In this document: positions 1 to 8,052 of the stretch, one piece after another | How the letters are laid out: every line of letters begins with the position of its first letter | Position numbering within the stretch: position 1 is the first letter of the stretch | NCBI GenBank assembly: GCA_938091905.1 | Contig: CALKOM010000207.1 | Location: 1 to 34,048, forward strand | DNA from: an uncultured Verrucomicrobiales bacterium | Lineage (GTDB): Bacteria > Verrucomicrobiota > Verrucomicrobiia > Verrucomicrobiales > DEV007 | Reading direction: 5' to 3' | Length of the DNA stretch: 34,048 bases | Translations under genes and position numbers: made by a program | The notes under the pieces: generated by a model | Databases searched by the model: none | What the model saw: the letters and a program-made list of their open reading frames with translations, nothing else | Told to the model about the DNA's origin: nothing

Positions 1-3000
1 TTCTCTTTCACAATCTTTTCTAGCAACTCCTGGGCATCTGAGAACAACTTCTTCGCTTCTTCGCCCACATACTCATCCTCAAAGATCGCAGGATAGCGAC
101 CACGCAATTCCCAGGTATGGAAGAAGGGTGACCAATCGATAAAGGGAACCAGCTCCTCCAAAGGTAGGTCTTCAATAACCCGTGGACCCGTGAATTCCGG
201 CACGGCGATTTCTTGAGTCGCCCAATCACATTGAAAACTTCGCGCTGCGGCATCCGCATACGGCAACAACTTCTTCGCTTCACCCCGATTGGCATGCTGC
301 TGACGAAGCTCCTCATAATCGTCTAAACGCTGCGCCATGTATGCAGGTTTCTGGTCTTCACTAAGCAGGGTCGACACCACTCCGACAGAACGCGAGGCAT
401 CAAGCACGTGCACCACATGATCATAATGTTGCGCAATCTTTATCGCCGTGTGCGCCTTACTCGTCGTCGCACCGCCAATCAGCAAAGGAATGTCAAAACC
501 TTGGCGTTTCATCTCCTTGGCGTTGTAGATCATCTCGTCCAAGGACGGCGTGATGAGACCACTGAGTCCAATGATGTCCGCCTTCTCCTCGTGCGCACGT
601 TTCAGAATCGCATCGCAGCTCACCATCACGCCGAGATCGATCACTTCGTAATTGTTACACGCTAACACCACCCCAACAATGTTCTTTCCGATATCATGCA
701 CATCGCCCTTCACCGTGGCCATGATGACCTTTCCTTGCGGCTTGGCATCTGGTGTCGCAGCTCGCTCTTCATCCATGAAGGGCGTGAGGTAGGCCACCGC
801 CTTCTTCATGACACGAGCACTCTTCACCACCTGTGGAAGGAACATCTTTCCTTCGCCAAAGAGGTCACCGACGATCCTCATGCCATCCATGAGCGGCCCT
901 TCAATCACCTTGATCGGACGCCCTAACTTTGCACGTGCTTCTTCCGTATCGTCATCAATGAAGTCTGTGATGCCTTTGAGAAGGGCATAGGCAAGGCGCT
1001 CTTCCACGGACTTCTCCCGCCAGGTTAGATCCACTTCCTTCTTCTTCCCACCCTTTCCTTTGAACTGCTCCGCATAATCCACGAGCGCTTCGGTCGCTTC
1101 TGAATTGCGGTTGAGAAGCACATCCTCAACCTTCTCGAGCATGTCCTTCGGGATCTCCTCGTACACTTCTAACATGCCCGCGTTTACAATACCCATGTCG
1201 AGCCCTGCCTTAATGGCATGATAGAGAAAGGCCGCATGCATGGCTTCGCGAACAGGATTGTTCCCCCGGAAACTGAAGGAGATGTTACTCACACCCCCAC
1301 TAACCTTCGCATGAGGAAGATTCTCTTTGATCCATCGCGTGGCCTCGATGAAATCGACCGCGTAGTTGTTATGCTCATCGATGCCAGTTGCCACCGTGAG
1401 GATGTTCGGATCGAAGATAATGTCTGCAGGGTTGAAGCCGACATCGTCCACAAGGATGCGGTAAGCACGTTCGCAAATGCGCTTCTTGTCTTCCAAGGTC
1501 GCCGCCTGCCCTTCTTCATCGAACGCCATGACCACGGTGGCAGCCCCATAGCGCATGATCTGTGTAGCATTCGCTTTAAAGGCCTCTTCGCCTTCTTTTA
1601 AGCTGATCGAATTGACAATGGCTTTGCCCTGCAAGCACTTCAGGCCTGCTTCGATGACAGACCACTTCGAAGAGTCGACCATTATGGGCACCTTCGCGAT
1701 CTCTGGTTCAGCACTGATTAGATTGAGAAAGCGCGTCATCATCGCTTCGGAGTCGATGAGCCCCTCGTCCATGTTCACATCGACCACGTTGGCTCCATTC
1801 GCCACCTGCTGCTCGGCCACACTCACAGCGGTCTCCAAATCGCCGTTCTTGATCAGCTTGGCAAACCGCGGTGACCCCGTAATATTCGTGCGCTCACCTA
1901 CCATCGTAAAATTGGACGCGGGCGTTAGTGAAAACGCCTCCTGTCCACTCAGATGCATCTCCGGCTCGTGCACGGGCACTTCGCGGGGCTCCATTTCCTC
2001 GACGCCATCAGCGATCAACTTAATCGTCGCAGGGGTCGTGCCACAACAACCACCCACGATATTGAGAAGCCCTGCTTTGGTTAGGCTACTCACGGCCTCA
2101 AGGGTCTGCTCCGGAGTCTCGGAGAAGCCGGTGTCACTCAATGGATCAGGGAGACCGGCATTCGGGTGACAACTCGTATGGCAATCTGCTAGCTTGCTCA
2201 TTTCTTCAACCAACGGGCGAAGATCAAGCGCACCAAGACCACAGTTCATCCCCACACTCAGCGGCTTGGCGTGGGCAATGGAATTCCAGAATGCTTCCAC
2301 GGTCTGGCCGGTCAACGTCCGACTAGACTTGTCAGCAAACGTCACCGAGATCATGACGGGCCAGCGCTTCCCCTTGGCCTCGAAGACTTTCTCGAGCGCC
2401 ATGATCGCCGCCTTTGCATTGAGGGTGTCAAAGATCGTTTCAACTAGGAGAATATCCACGCCTCCTTCGACCAGGCATTCCACCTGCCATTGATAGGCCG
2501 CTACCAACTGATCAAAGGTTACGGTCCGAAAGCCTGGATCATTCACATCCGGTGAAATGGAGCAGGTCACCGGCAGCGGCCCTAACGAACCGGCGACGAA
2601 GCGAGGCTTCTTATTCTGAAAAGGCTCCGCCGCTCGTTTGGTGCAAGCGACCGCCTCCATGTTCATTTCACGCACAAGCGCGTTCAGCTCCTCATTCTCC
2701 AGAGCTTGCTGAAAAAACTCCGGCGTTTTCTTCTCAGGATCAGGAAGAAAGAAGTCGGCCTGCGAAATCGTCGTCCCATTAAACGTATTCGCCGTGACAA
2801 TATCCGAGCCCGCTTCGTAGTATCCACGGTGAATCTCCTCGATGACATCAGGCCGCGTCAGCGTGAGAATGTCCGCATTGTTTTTGAGATCCTTGTCGTG
2901 ATCAGCAAAGCGCTTGCCCCGCACGTCACTCTCTCCCAGCCCGTAGCGGTAGATCATGGTACCCATGGCACCATCCAAGAGAAGGATCCGCTCCTTCATT

Positions 3001-3032
3001 AGAGCGGTAAGAAGCTCAAGAGATTCAGTCAT
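1..3032 (-). CDS. metH: Cobalamin-dependent methionine synthase (3' end runs off the window)
   Basis: Manual minus-strand translation from ATG at 3032: [27 protein letters not shown]..., GGCCGTTP (homocysteine/Zn domain), GERTNITGS (pterin domain), [15 protein letters not shown] (B12-binding DxHxxG motif) and [19 protein letters not shown] (reactivation domain) at the edge. No stop was seen before position 1, which explains its absence from the ORF track. Confidence 0.98.
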   Translation of the reverse strand, partial: MTESLELLTALMKERILLLDGAMGTMIYRYGLGESDVRGKRFADHDKDLKNNADILTLTRPDVIEEIHRGYYEAGSDIVTANTFNGTTISQADFFLPDPEKKTPEFFQQALENEELNALVREMNMEAVACTKRAAEPFQNKKPRFVAGSLGPLPVTCSISPDVNDPGFRTVTFDQLVAAYQWQVECLVEGGVDILLVETIFDTLNAKAAIMALEKVFEAKGKRWPVMISVTFADKSSRTLTGQTVEAFWNSIAHAKPLSVGMNCGLGALDLRPLVEEMSKLADCHTSCHPNAGLPDPLSDTGFSETPEQTLEAVSSLTKAGLLNIVGGCCGTTPATIKLIADGVEEMEPREVPVHEPEMHLSGQEAFSLTPASNFTMVGERTNITGSPRFAKLIKNGDLETAVSVAEQQVANGANVVDVNMDEGLIDSEAMMTRFLNLISAEPEIAKVPIMVDSSKWSVIEAGLKCLQGKAIVNSISLKEGEEAFKANATQIMRYGAATVVMAFDEEGQAATLEDKKRICERAYRILVDDVGFNPADIIFDPNILTVATGIDEHNNYAVDFIEATRWIKENLPHAKVSGGVSNISFSFRGNNPVREAMHAAFLYHAIKAGLDMGIVNAGMLEVYEEIPKDMLEKVEDVLLNRNSEATEALVDYAEQFKGKGGKKKEVDLTWREKSVEERLAYALLKGITDFIDDDTEEARAKLGRPIKVIEGPLMDGMRIVGDLFGEGKMFLPQVVKSARVMKKAVAYLTPFMDEERAATPDAKPQGKVIMATVKGDVHDIGKNIVGVVLACNNYEVIDLGVMVSCDAILKRAHEEKADIIGLSGLITPSLDEMIYNAKEMKRQGFDIPLLIGGATTSKAHTAIKIAQHYDHVVHVLDASRSVGVVSTLLSEDQKPAYMAQRLDDYEELRQQHANRGEAKKLLPYADAAARSFQCDWATQEIAVPEFTGPRVIEDLPLEELVPFIDWSPFFHTWELRGRYPAIFEDEYVGEEAKKLFSDAQELLEKIVKE

Positions 3033-3070
3033 TTCACCGAATCATGAGCGGGACGCGGCGCCTTTCAAGC

Positions 3071-3098
3071 CAATATATCATGATATCATGATATGTTG
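3071..3098. promoter_or_regulatory. Palindromic candidate operator upstream of metH
   Basis: ATATCATGATATCATGATAT (3075-3094) is a perfect 20-bp palindrome, extended by CAA...TTG to 28 bp with one mismatched pair. It lies about 40 bp upstream of the metH ATG, next to a possible minus-strand TTGAAA-N16-CATGAT promoter. Confidence 0.65.
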
Positions 3099-3154
3099 AT
3101 GGGTTACAGCGCGGTAGCAGGCGTAGATCACCCAAATATGGAGATCTGCGCCTG

Positions 3155-3451
3155 CTACCTGCGTAATTCCTCGGGTGTCTCAAACACAGGCGTAGCCTGG
3201 TCATCTGGCTTCTGAGCCATGAAGACCGTGTAGATGATGAGGCCGATAATCCCGAATAGACAGATGATGTTCACCACGAGCTTAAGATTCCGAGTGAAGC
3301 TAGCCTGGCTTCGCTGATTCCTCAGCATGCGATCGATTGCGCTGACCTTTTCCCGGGACGCTCGAGCCCGCGCAAACGAACGACGCGGGGCAAAGTTTCC
3401 GGAACGACGTGAAGATTTCGGAAGATTTCGAGGACTTTGTTTCGGGGCCAT
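3155..3451 (-). CDS. Small hypothetical membrane protein (basic N-terminus, one TM helix)
   Basis: MAPKQSPRNLPKSSRRSG... followed by the hydrophobic stretch LVVNIICLFGIIGLIIYTVFMA. Start chosen at ATG 3451; the ORF track extends to 3520. Confidence 0.55.
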   Translation of the reverse strand: MAPKQSPRNLPKSSRRSGNFAPRRSFARARASREKVSAIDRMLRNQRSQASFTRNLKLVVNIICLFGIIGLIIYTVFMAQKPDDQATPVFETPEELRR

Positions 3452-3583
3452 AGCGACTGCAGAGACGTTCCCCTGATAGAGAATCCAGCTTCCCCAGAAG
3501 CTCAAGCATAAATCCTTCATAAGGTTCCTCCAAATATGACTGGATGCCCCCCGCCCGGCGGCCTATGGGTTCGAAGACTTGCC

Positions 3584-4453
3584 ATGAACGAGAAATTTGC
3601 AGCTTACGCCCACCCCGAGGTCCTCGTAGATCGCGCTTGGATTGAGGAACACCTTGACGACCCAAACGTTCGCATCGTTGAGAGCAACGAGGACATCCTA
3701 CTCTATGACACCGGTCACATTCCGGGGGCTGTGCACATCGATTGGCGGCGGGATCTCCAGGATCAAACCGTTCGTGACTACATCCGCGAGGAGGGCTTTG
3801 CTGAGCTCTGCCGTCGGAATGGCATCACCGAGAGTACCACCGTGGTCGTCTATGGCGACAAGTCGAATTGGTGGGCCTGCTATGCTTTCTGGGTCTTCAC
3901 TCTCTTCGGACACAAAAATCTCAAAGTTCTGGATGGTGGACGAGACCATTGGGTAGCTCAAGACGGCCCGTTGACCAAGGAAGTGCCTTCGCTCGAACCC
4001 GTGCCCTACCCGACACCACCGAAACGTCGCGATGCCGAGATCAGAGCCTTCTTTATTGATACCCTTGCCCACGCTAAGGCAGCGTTACCTCTCGTCGATG
4101 TGCGGTCGCCCGGTGAGTTTAGCGGAGAGGTCACGCACATGCCTGAGTATCCGCAGGAAGGCGTGTTGCGCGGTGGTCATATTCCCGGTGCCCATAGCTG
4201 TCCTTGGAAGACCGCTGCCAATGATGACGACACCTTCAAGTCGAGAGAGGAACTAGCAAAGATTTATGAGGAGGGCCTGGGACTGAAGCAAGACGACAAT
4301 GTTGTCGCTTACTGTCGAATCGGCGAGCGCTCGAGCCATACGTGGTTCGTTTTGACTTACCTGTTAGGCTTTGAGAACGTACGCAACTACGACGGCAGTT
4401 GGACCGAATGGGGAAACATGGTCGGCGTGCCCATCGAGCGAACAAACGATTAG
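3584..4453 (+). CDS. sseA: Tandem-domain rhodanese / thiosulfate sulfurtransferase (SseA/CysA-like)
   Basis: YAHPEVLV N-terminus, two GHIPGA motifs, active-site loop YCRIGERS and C-terminal [10 protein letters not shown] signature. Start placed at ATG 3584. Confidence 0.93.
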   Translation: MNEKFAAYAHPEVLVDRAWIEEHLDDPNVRIVESNEDILLYDTGHIPGAVHIDWRRDLQDQTVRDYIREEGFAELCRRNGITESTTVVVYGDKSNWWACYAFWVFTLFGHKNLKVLDGGRDHWVAQDGPLTKEVPSLEPVPYPTPPKRRDAEIRAFFIDTLAHAKAALPLVDVRSPGEFSGEVTHMPEYPQEGVLRGGHIPGAHSCPWKTAANDDDTFKSREELAKIYEEGLGLKQDDNVVAYCRIGERSSHTWFVLTYLLGFENVRNYDGSWTEWGNMVGVPIERTND

Positions 4454-4463
4454 TAAACCAACG

Positions 4464-4919
4464 ATGAACGCCTTTCCCGAGAAACTCGAGGAGATCCTCG
4501 AACTCTTTGAGCACCTTCCTGAAACGGAGCGTCGCGAGATGCTCATCAGCTTCTCCGAGAACACCCGCCAACATGAACCAAGAGAGGGCGAAACATTCGA
4601 CCTCGAAGACGTCCGCAAAGACGACGAGTGCACGGACGAGGTCGGAGTCTTTCTAAATATCGACGATCAAGGTGGTGCCCATTTCCGAGTGAAACTTGGT
4701 CCAAAGGTGCAAACGCTCACTCGCGCCATGACAGCTATTCTCTGCCAAGGACTCGACGGCTCCAGCCCTCAAGCCGTGCAGGAAGTGCCCCAAGACTTCG
4801 TACCACGTATCGTCGGCAGCGAACTGGTCCGCCTGCGCAGCCAAACGGTTTACTATGTCCTCACGAGGATGAAAAGTGCTTGCGCCGTGTATCTGAAGCG
4901 CGAGCGCGCTGCGATTTAG
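4464..4919 (+). CDS. SufE-family sulfur acceptor protein
   Basis: MNAFPEKLEEILELFEHLPETERREMLISF..., ECTDEVGVF (conserved Cys), ILCQGLDG. Starts 10 bp after the sulfurtransferase stop. Confidence 0.8.
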   Translation: MNAFPEKLEEILELFEHLPETERREMLISFSENTRQHEPREGETFDLEDVRKDDECTDEVGVFLNIDDQGGAHFRVKLGPKVQTLTRAMTAILCQGLDGSSPQAVQEVPQDFVPRIVGSELVRLRSQTVYYVLTRMKSACAVYLKRERAAI

Positions 4920-4920
4920 G

Positions 4921-5274
4921 CTAACCAGCCACGGTAGCACTAACAATGCTCCCCAGCGCCACCGCCAACCCGGCGGCACCAGCGTGAATCCACAGGCCTA
5001 CAAGCGGATTGTCATCTTCTTCGAGACGTTTGCTTAAAACAGCATAGCCCAATGCCTGAAGCGCGACAAAGAAGAGCGTGCCTGCCATCATGCCCCACGT
5101 CATCAAGCTGAGTTGCTGAGCAACGAAAGCCTTCGACCCTGGTTCTCGCTCTTCTGCATCAGCTTGCTCACCTGCCGGTTGGCGTTTGGCAATCTCAAGA
5201 CTCGCATACGCAGCACCCCCAGCGGCCACAAGAAGGGCAGTCAAATAGATCGACACTACTAATAAGGCCCTCAC
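4921..5274 (-). CDS. Hypothetical membrane protein (about 3 TM helices)
   Basis: 117-aa ORF with three hydrophobic segments, starting 6 bp after the ATPase stop on the same strand. Confidence 0.6.
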   Translation of the reverse strand: MRALLVVSIYLTALLVAAGGAAYASLEIAKRQPAGEQADAEEREPGSKAFVAQQLSLMTWGMMAGTLFFVALQALGYAVLSKRLEEDDNPLVGLWIHAGAAGLAVALGSIVSATVAG

Positions 5275-5280
5275 AATAAA

Positions 5281-7740
5281 TTATCCGACCTCTTGAACTG
5301 GCAACCAGCCTGGCTTGATCTCAAAATCGGATACCTTGATGTAGGGCAACCAAACAAGAGCGAAGCGCTGTATATCGATGTTCTTCTTGTAAGGCTTAAT
5401 CCAAACCTTATTTAAAGGAATCGTCAACGGATCAAGTGACTGACGCACCTCTTCCATGTCTTCTTGTAATGCATTCTCGAGCTCGGTCAGAGCCTCTTGC
5501 AGATCTTCGACCTTGTCTTCGGCGAGCCCCGCTTCACGCGCCTCTTTAGCACTCTTCGACATGCCTCGAGCCGCAGTGGCCCCACGCGAAATAGACCCCA
5601 TACTGATCCGCTTGCGCCCTAACACAGCGGAAAGGATTGCCGACCCAATTGAAATGACCGAGCCCATCTTGGCGCTTCGCGCTTGTTCTTCTTCACGCTG
5701 TAAGGCACGCTCAGCCGTCTTCAGTTGGCGCTCTTTCGTTTCCAACTTACTCGCATACTTGTCCCTCAGCTTCTCCAACTTCTCGTCCCGGAGCTCTCGT
5801 GCAGTTTGTTGCAAACGGATACGGAAATCCGCTTCGGACTCACCAATCTTGGAGTAGGTGTTAATAGACTTGGCTTCAAGGATCTCAAGACCTCCATTCG
5901 CATAGAGCCACTCCGCGAGTTCCTTCTTCTGCGTGGTATAGTACTTCGCATCCTGCGCATGCTTTGGCAAGTGGGCTCGCGTAGCTCCCTCAACCGGCTT
6001 GTCTTCAAAGCCTCGCCAGGCCTTATTAAAGCGCGTGGCCTCATCAAAATCTAAGATTGGCTCATCACTTAACGGAACTACTGTGGTCGAGGCCCGAGAT
6101 CCATGAATATCATATTTCGTGCTGCTAAATGACACGTCGGCTACCCCCACCGCTGCCGGACGATAAACCACTTTACGATCTCCTGGCATCTGTGTGAGAG
6201 GCATGTAGACCTCGTCGATGGAGCTGGAGAGTTGGTAAATAATCTGCGACTCCTCTTTGGGAGCTTCAGCCGCTGCCGCAGCAGCACCCGCAGGAGTCTG
6301 CGATGGCAATGCCGCCTTGATCGGGTCCATGAGCTGCTTGATCTGTCGTCGACTCAACGGGCCACGCAGATAGGACATGACCCAACGCACGTGAAAGGTG
6401 ACCGGCCCATCCTCATGCACGTTATTCAAGAGAAAGACCCGGCTCCCCAATCCAGCCAGCGTCTCCTCCATCGATTGGCGATCAAAGTTCCCCCCTTGAG
6501 AAGCGGCAGCGCCCTCAAGACCGTCGAGCACCCGCGCCTTGTCACGCGCCGTTTGCAAACGACCAAGAAACCACGAGCCAATGTTAGAAAGTGCCTTGTA
6601 GTCAAGATCGACCGGGTTCTGCGTCGCGAGCAAGCACCCTAATCCGAACGCACGCCCCTGTTTCAGAATCGTTAGCAATGGCTTCTTCGAAGGCGGGTTC
6701 TGGACTGGTGGCAGGTAACCGTAAATCTCATCCATGTAGAGAAGAGCTCTAAGGCTAGACGTTCCCGATTGCGCTCGCATCCAACTCAGTACTTGATTGA
6801 GCAGCATAGAGACGAAGAACATCCGCTCACTGTCATCCAAATGCGCAATCGAGAAGATTGAGACCTGCGGCTTGCCCGCGTCATCGTGCATGAGACGCTT
6901 CACGTCCAAGGGCATCCCTTGGGTCCAACTTTGAAATCCAGGTGAGGCTAACAGGTTATTTAACCGCATGGCCAGCGCAAAACGCTTCTTCTCGTCCATG
7001 AATGACTCCACCGGTACCACACCGATGCTCCTGAAAGGAGGCTCCTGCACGCGCTGGATCAATTTCGGCAACGTGAGATCCTCTTCAGCACGCCAAGCAT
7101 GAATCAGGATCTGTGAGAAAAGAATGTGCTCCTGACTCTGGATGGAATCCGCCTCAATTCCCATCAAGCCTAACAAACTCGTTACGGTGTTCTCGACGCG
7201 ATCACCCAACAACTCTGGCTCATCGAGAATCTCGAAGGGAGGCGCATCAAACGAACTCAGAATTGACACGGGTATTCCTGAATTACTTCCTGGTGTGTAA
7301 ACCTTGATACCGACCTTATCCCGAAGCTGCCGCACGCGTTCCCCAGTCTGCCCCCATTCCCCAAGCCCTTTCTTCCAAAGATCCGCCTGACCTTGAGCGA
7401 ATTCATCGGGAGTCTTCCCTTTCTTCTGGGCATCATCCTCATTGATCCAAGGCCGGAAATCTTTCCCCTGAAACTCGGGAAAAGTTAGCATTAGGTTTGG
7501 GATGTCCCCCTTTGGATCGATCACGATGGCAGGAATTGAGTCCATGGCCGCCTCTTCAAGTAGACCGATACACAGGCCCGTCTTTCCGGATCCCGTCATT
7601 CCAAGGACCACGCCGTGGGTCACAAGATCTTTCGAATCGTAGAGAAGAAGAGCGTCCTGGAGAGCCTTATTCTCCAGGTCATACTCCCGGCCTAGGTAGA
7701 ACGCGCCGAGCTTTTCATAAACTTCAGGGGAAATGGACAT
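5281..7740 (-). CDS. HerA/FtsK-superfamily (DUF87/DUF853-like) P-loop ATPase with C-terminal coiled coil
   Basis: Walker A HGVVLGMTGSGKT, IVIDPKGD, Walker B LLYMDE, and KQGRAFGLGCLLATQNPVDLDY (arginine finger and ATQ motif typical of HerA/TrwB/VirB4). Long C-terminal heptad region. Confidence 0.85.
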   Translation of the reverse strand: MSISPEVYEKLGAFYLGREYDLENKALQDALLLYDSKDLVTHGVVLGMTGSGKTGLCIGLLEEAAMDSIPAIVIDPKGDIPNLMLTFPEFQGKDFRPWINEDDAQKKGKTPDEFAQGQADLWKKGLGEWGQTGERVRQLRDKVGIKVYTPGSNSGIPVSILSSFDAPPFEILDEPELLGDRVENTVTSLLGLMGIEADSIQSQEHILFSQILIHAWRAEEDLTLPKLIQRVQEPPFRSIGVVPVESFMDEKKRFALAMRLNNLLASPGFQSWTQGMPLDVKRLMHDDAGKPQVSIFSIAHLDDSERMFFVSMLLNQVLSWMRAQSGTSSLRALLYMDEIYGYLPPVQNPPSKKPLLTILKQGRAFGLGCLLATQNPVDLDYKALSNIGSWFLGRLQTARDKARVLDGLEGAAASQGGNFDRQSMEETLAGLGSRVFLLNNVHEDGPVTFHVRWVMSYLRGPLSRRQIKQLMDPIKAALPSQTPAGAAAAAAEAPKEESQIIYQLSSSIDEVYMPLTQMPGDRKVVYRPAAVGVADVSFSSTKYDIHGSRASTTVVPLSDEPILDFDEATRFNKAWRGFEDKPVEGATRAHLPKHAQDAKYYTTQKKELAEWLYANGGLEILEAKSINTYSKIGESEADFRIRLQQTARELRDEKLEKLRDKYASKLETKERQLKTAERALQREEEQARSAKMGSVISIGSAILSAVLGRKRISMGSISRGATAARGMSKSAKEAREAGLAEDKVEDLQEALTELENALQEDMEEVRQSLDPLTIPLNKVWIKPYKKNIDIQRFALVWLPYIKVSDFEIKPGWLPVQEVG

Positions 7741-7902
7741 GAGTTAGAGGCCTTCTATTGCTTCACAGTCAGCATGCCTCTCCCTGGCAGAATTGGAAGC
7801 AGATTTGCAAATCATGTGAGGACAGCTTACTCGACTCGACCCGAACTAGCCAAGCCACGAAGAGTATCAGTAGCGCAATCGAAAAGACGATTTGCAAATT
7901 CA

Positions 7903-7936
7903 GAATAGGCCTAGCCTGGGAAGGCTAGGCTTATTC
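7903..7936. terminator. 15-bp stem-loop (possible terminator or part of a structured RNA)
   Basis: GAATAGGCCTAGCCT-GGGA-AGGCTAGGCTTATTC. The one non-Watson-Crick pair is G.U on the plus strand. Lies downstream of the CotH gene; U-tract is weak. Confidence 0.45.
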
Positions 7937-8052
7937 CCGGTCTTCTCTCCCTTCTTACGACGATGGGTATCCCACTCCTGACGATGCAGGTGAAAGTCGC
8001 CGTTGCGCGCCTCGGCGACTCCGGGAAACATGGCTCTTATGCCAGCGACTTA

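Noticed and set aside
20..3002. Many short ORFs in the track over 1-3 kb
   Set aside because: They are antisense or off-frame shadows of metH, which occupies the minus strand continuously.
3033..3154. SAM or cobalamin riboswitch upstream of metH
   Set aside because: The intergenic region is only about 120 bp and lacks recognisable SAM-I or B12-box motifs; a protein-binding palindrome is present instead.
7978..8028. Hammerhead-ribozyme-like core CTGACGA...GAAA-stem-TC
   Set aside because: Stem III fits, but the 7 nt between CTGACGA and GAAA (TGCAGGT) cannot form stem II, and stem I does not pair next to the core. Kept only as a generic structured region.
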